Shown piece after piece: positions 63,204 through 64,000 of a stretch of DNA of 64,000 nucleotides. The notes under the pieces are model-generated. The model did no database searches. It had not been told where the DNA came from and saw only the letters and a list, made by a program, of their open reading frames with translations. Location: contig NC_045697.1 of the NCBI RefSeq assembly GCF_009834535.1, forward strand, positions 90,832,001-90,896,000, in the 5' to 3' direction. The translations under genes and the position numbers were made by a program. Numbering within the stretch: position 1 is the first letter of the stretch; every line of letters starts with the position of its first letter. The stretch comes from Camelus ferus. Its lineage: Eukaryota.

Positions 63204-64000
63204 CAGGCATACCTTAAAAGATGTTGTAGTTTTGGTTCCAGACCAGCACAATAAAGTAAACATCACAATAAAGCAAGTCGCGTGAGTTTTTTGGTTTCCC
63301 AGTGCATATAAAAGTTACATTTAGACTGTACTGTGGTCTATTAAGTGTGCAATAGCATTATGTCTGAAAGAAAAATGTACATACTTTAATTTAAAAATAC
63401 TTTCCTGCTAAAAGATGCTAACTATCATCTGAGCCTTCAGCGAGTTGTAATTTTTTTTGCTGGTGGACAGTCTTCCCTCAGTGTTGATGGCTGCTGACTG
63501 ATCAGGATTGTTTTTGCTGAAGGTTGGAGTGGCTGTGGCAATTTCTTAAAATAATAGAAAGATGAGGTTCACCAAATTGATTGACTCTTCCTTTCACAAT
63601 TTCTTTGTAGCTTGCAATGCTGTTTGATAGTATTTTACCCATAATAGAGCCTTTAAAATTGAAATTAGTCCTCTCAGACCCTGCCACTGCTTTATCAACT
63701 AAGTTTATGTAATATTCTAAATCTTTTGTTGTCTTCACCAGGAGTAGATTCCATCTCAAAAAACCAGTTTCCTTGCTCATCCATAAGAAGAAACTCCTCA
63801 TCCATTCAGGTTTTTTTTTTTCATGAGTTTACAGCAATTTAGTCACATCTTCAGGCTCCACTTCTAATTCTAGTTCTCTTGCTATTTCCACCATATCTGC
63901 AGTTCCTTCCTCCACTGAAGTCTTGAACCTCTTAAAGTCATCCATGAGGATTGAAATCAACTTCTTCCAAATTCCTGCTAATGTTGATGTTTTGACCTCT
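63204..64000 (-). mobile_element. Tigger1 (TcMar) DNA transposon, 3' part, runs off window end
   Basis: TA target + TIR caggcatacct; ORF 63502-63801(-) (KDLEYYINLVDKAVAG...GKILSNSIA) is a degraded Tigger transposase C-terminus. Confidence 0.9.

Noticed and set aside
63502..63801. Functional or domesticated transposase
   Set aside because: Frameshifted, partial Tigger1 relic.
1..64000. Most short ORFs in the six-frame track as independent genes
   Set aside because: They are 60-136 aa, often start at TTG/GTG, and overlap decayed repeats or low-complexity AT-rich intron. Only those overlapping LARP1B exons or L1/Tigger remnants are interpretable.
1..64000. CRISPR array, operon or prokaryotic defence system
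   Set aside because: No regularly spaced repeat-spacer structure or gene-dense organisation; the sequence is spliceosomal mammalian DNA.

Overview
This is AT-rich mammalian genomic DNA, not a prokaryotic accessory region. A camelid origin is likely, based on a vic-1-type tRNA-derived SINE and the L1 3' ends. The window holds the middle of LARP1B (La-related protein 1B) on the + strand: nine GT-AG coding exons (276-450, 2570-2707, 6416-6559, 6794-6959, 10288-10432, 16504-16678, 21502-21674, 24969-25334, 54623-54746). They splice into an open 1606-nt frame covering the RG tract, La motif, PAM2-like motif and central conserved region. The start exon and DM15 exons lie outside the window. Introns are dense with L1, L2, MIR, L3/CR1, MLT LTRs, hAT-Charlie MERs and a Tigger1. 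I found no convincing new multi-gene system. The best leads are: (1) a ~2.2-kb minus-strand insertion that looks like a retrotransposed chimeric RNA (L1 5' end, captured genomic sequence, polyA, TSD), nested inside an older L1; (2) candidate alternative last exons and intronic polyA sites giving DM15-less LARP1B; (3) a candidate poison exon in the La-motif intron whose donor shares 12 nt with the RG-exon donor; (4) non-conservative substitutions at residues I recall as conserved. Repeat names and orthologue comparisons come from memory, not searches, and boundaries of old repeats are approximate.
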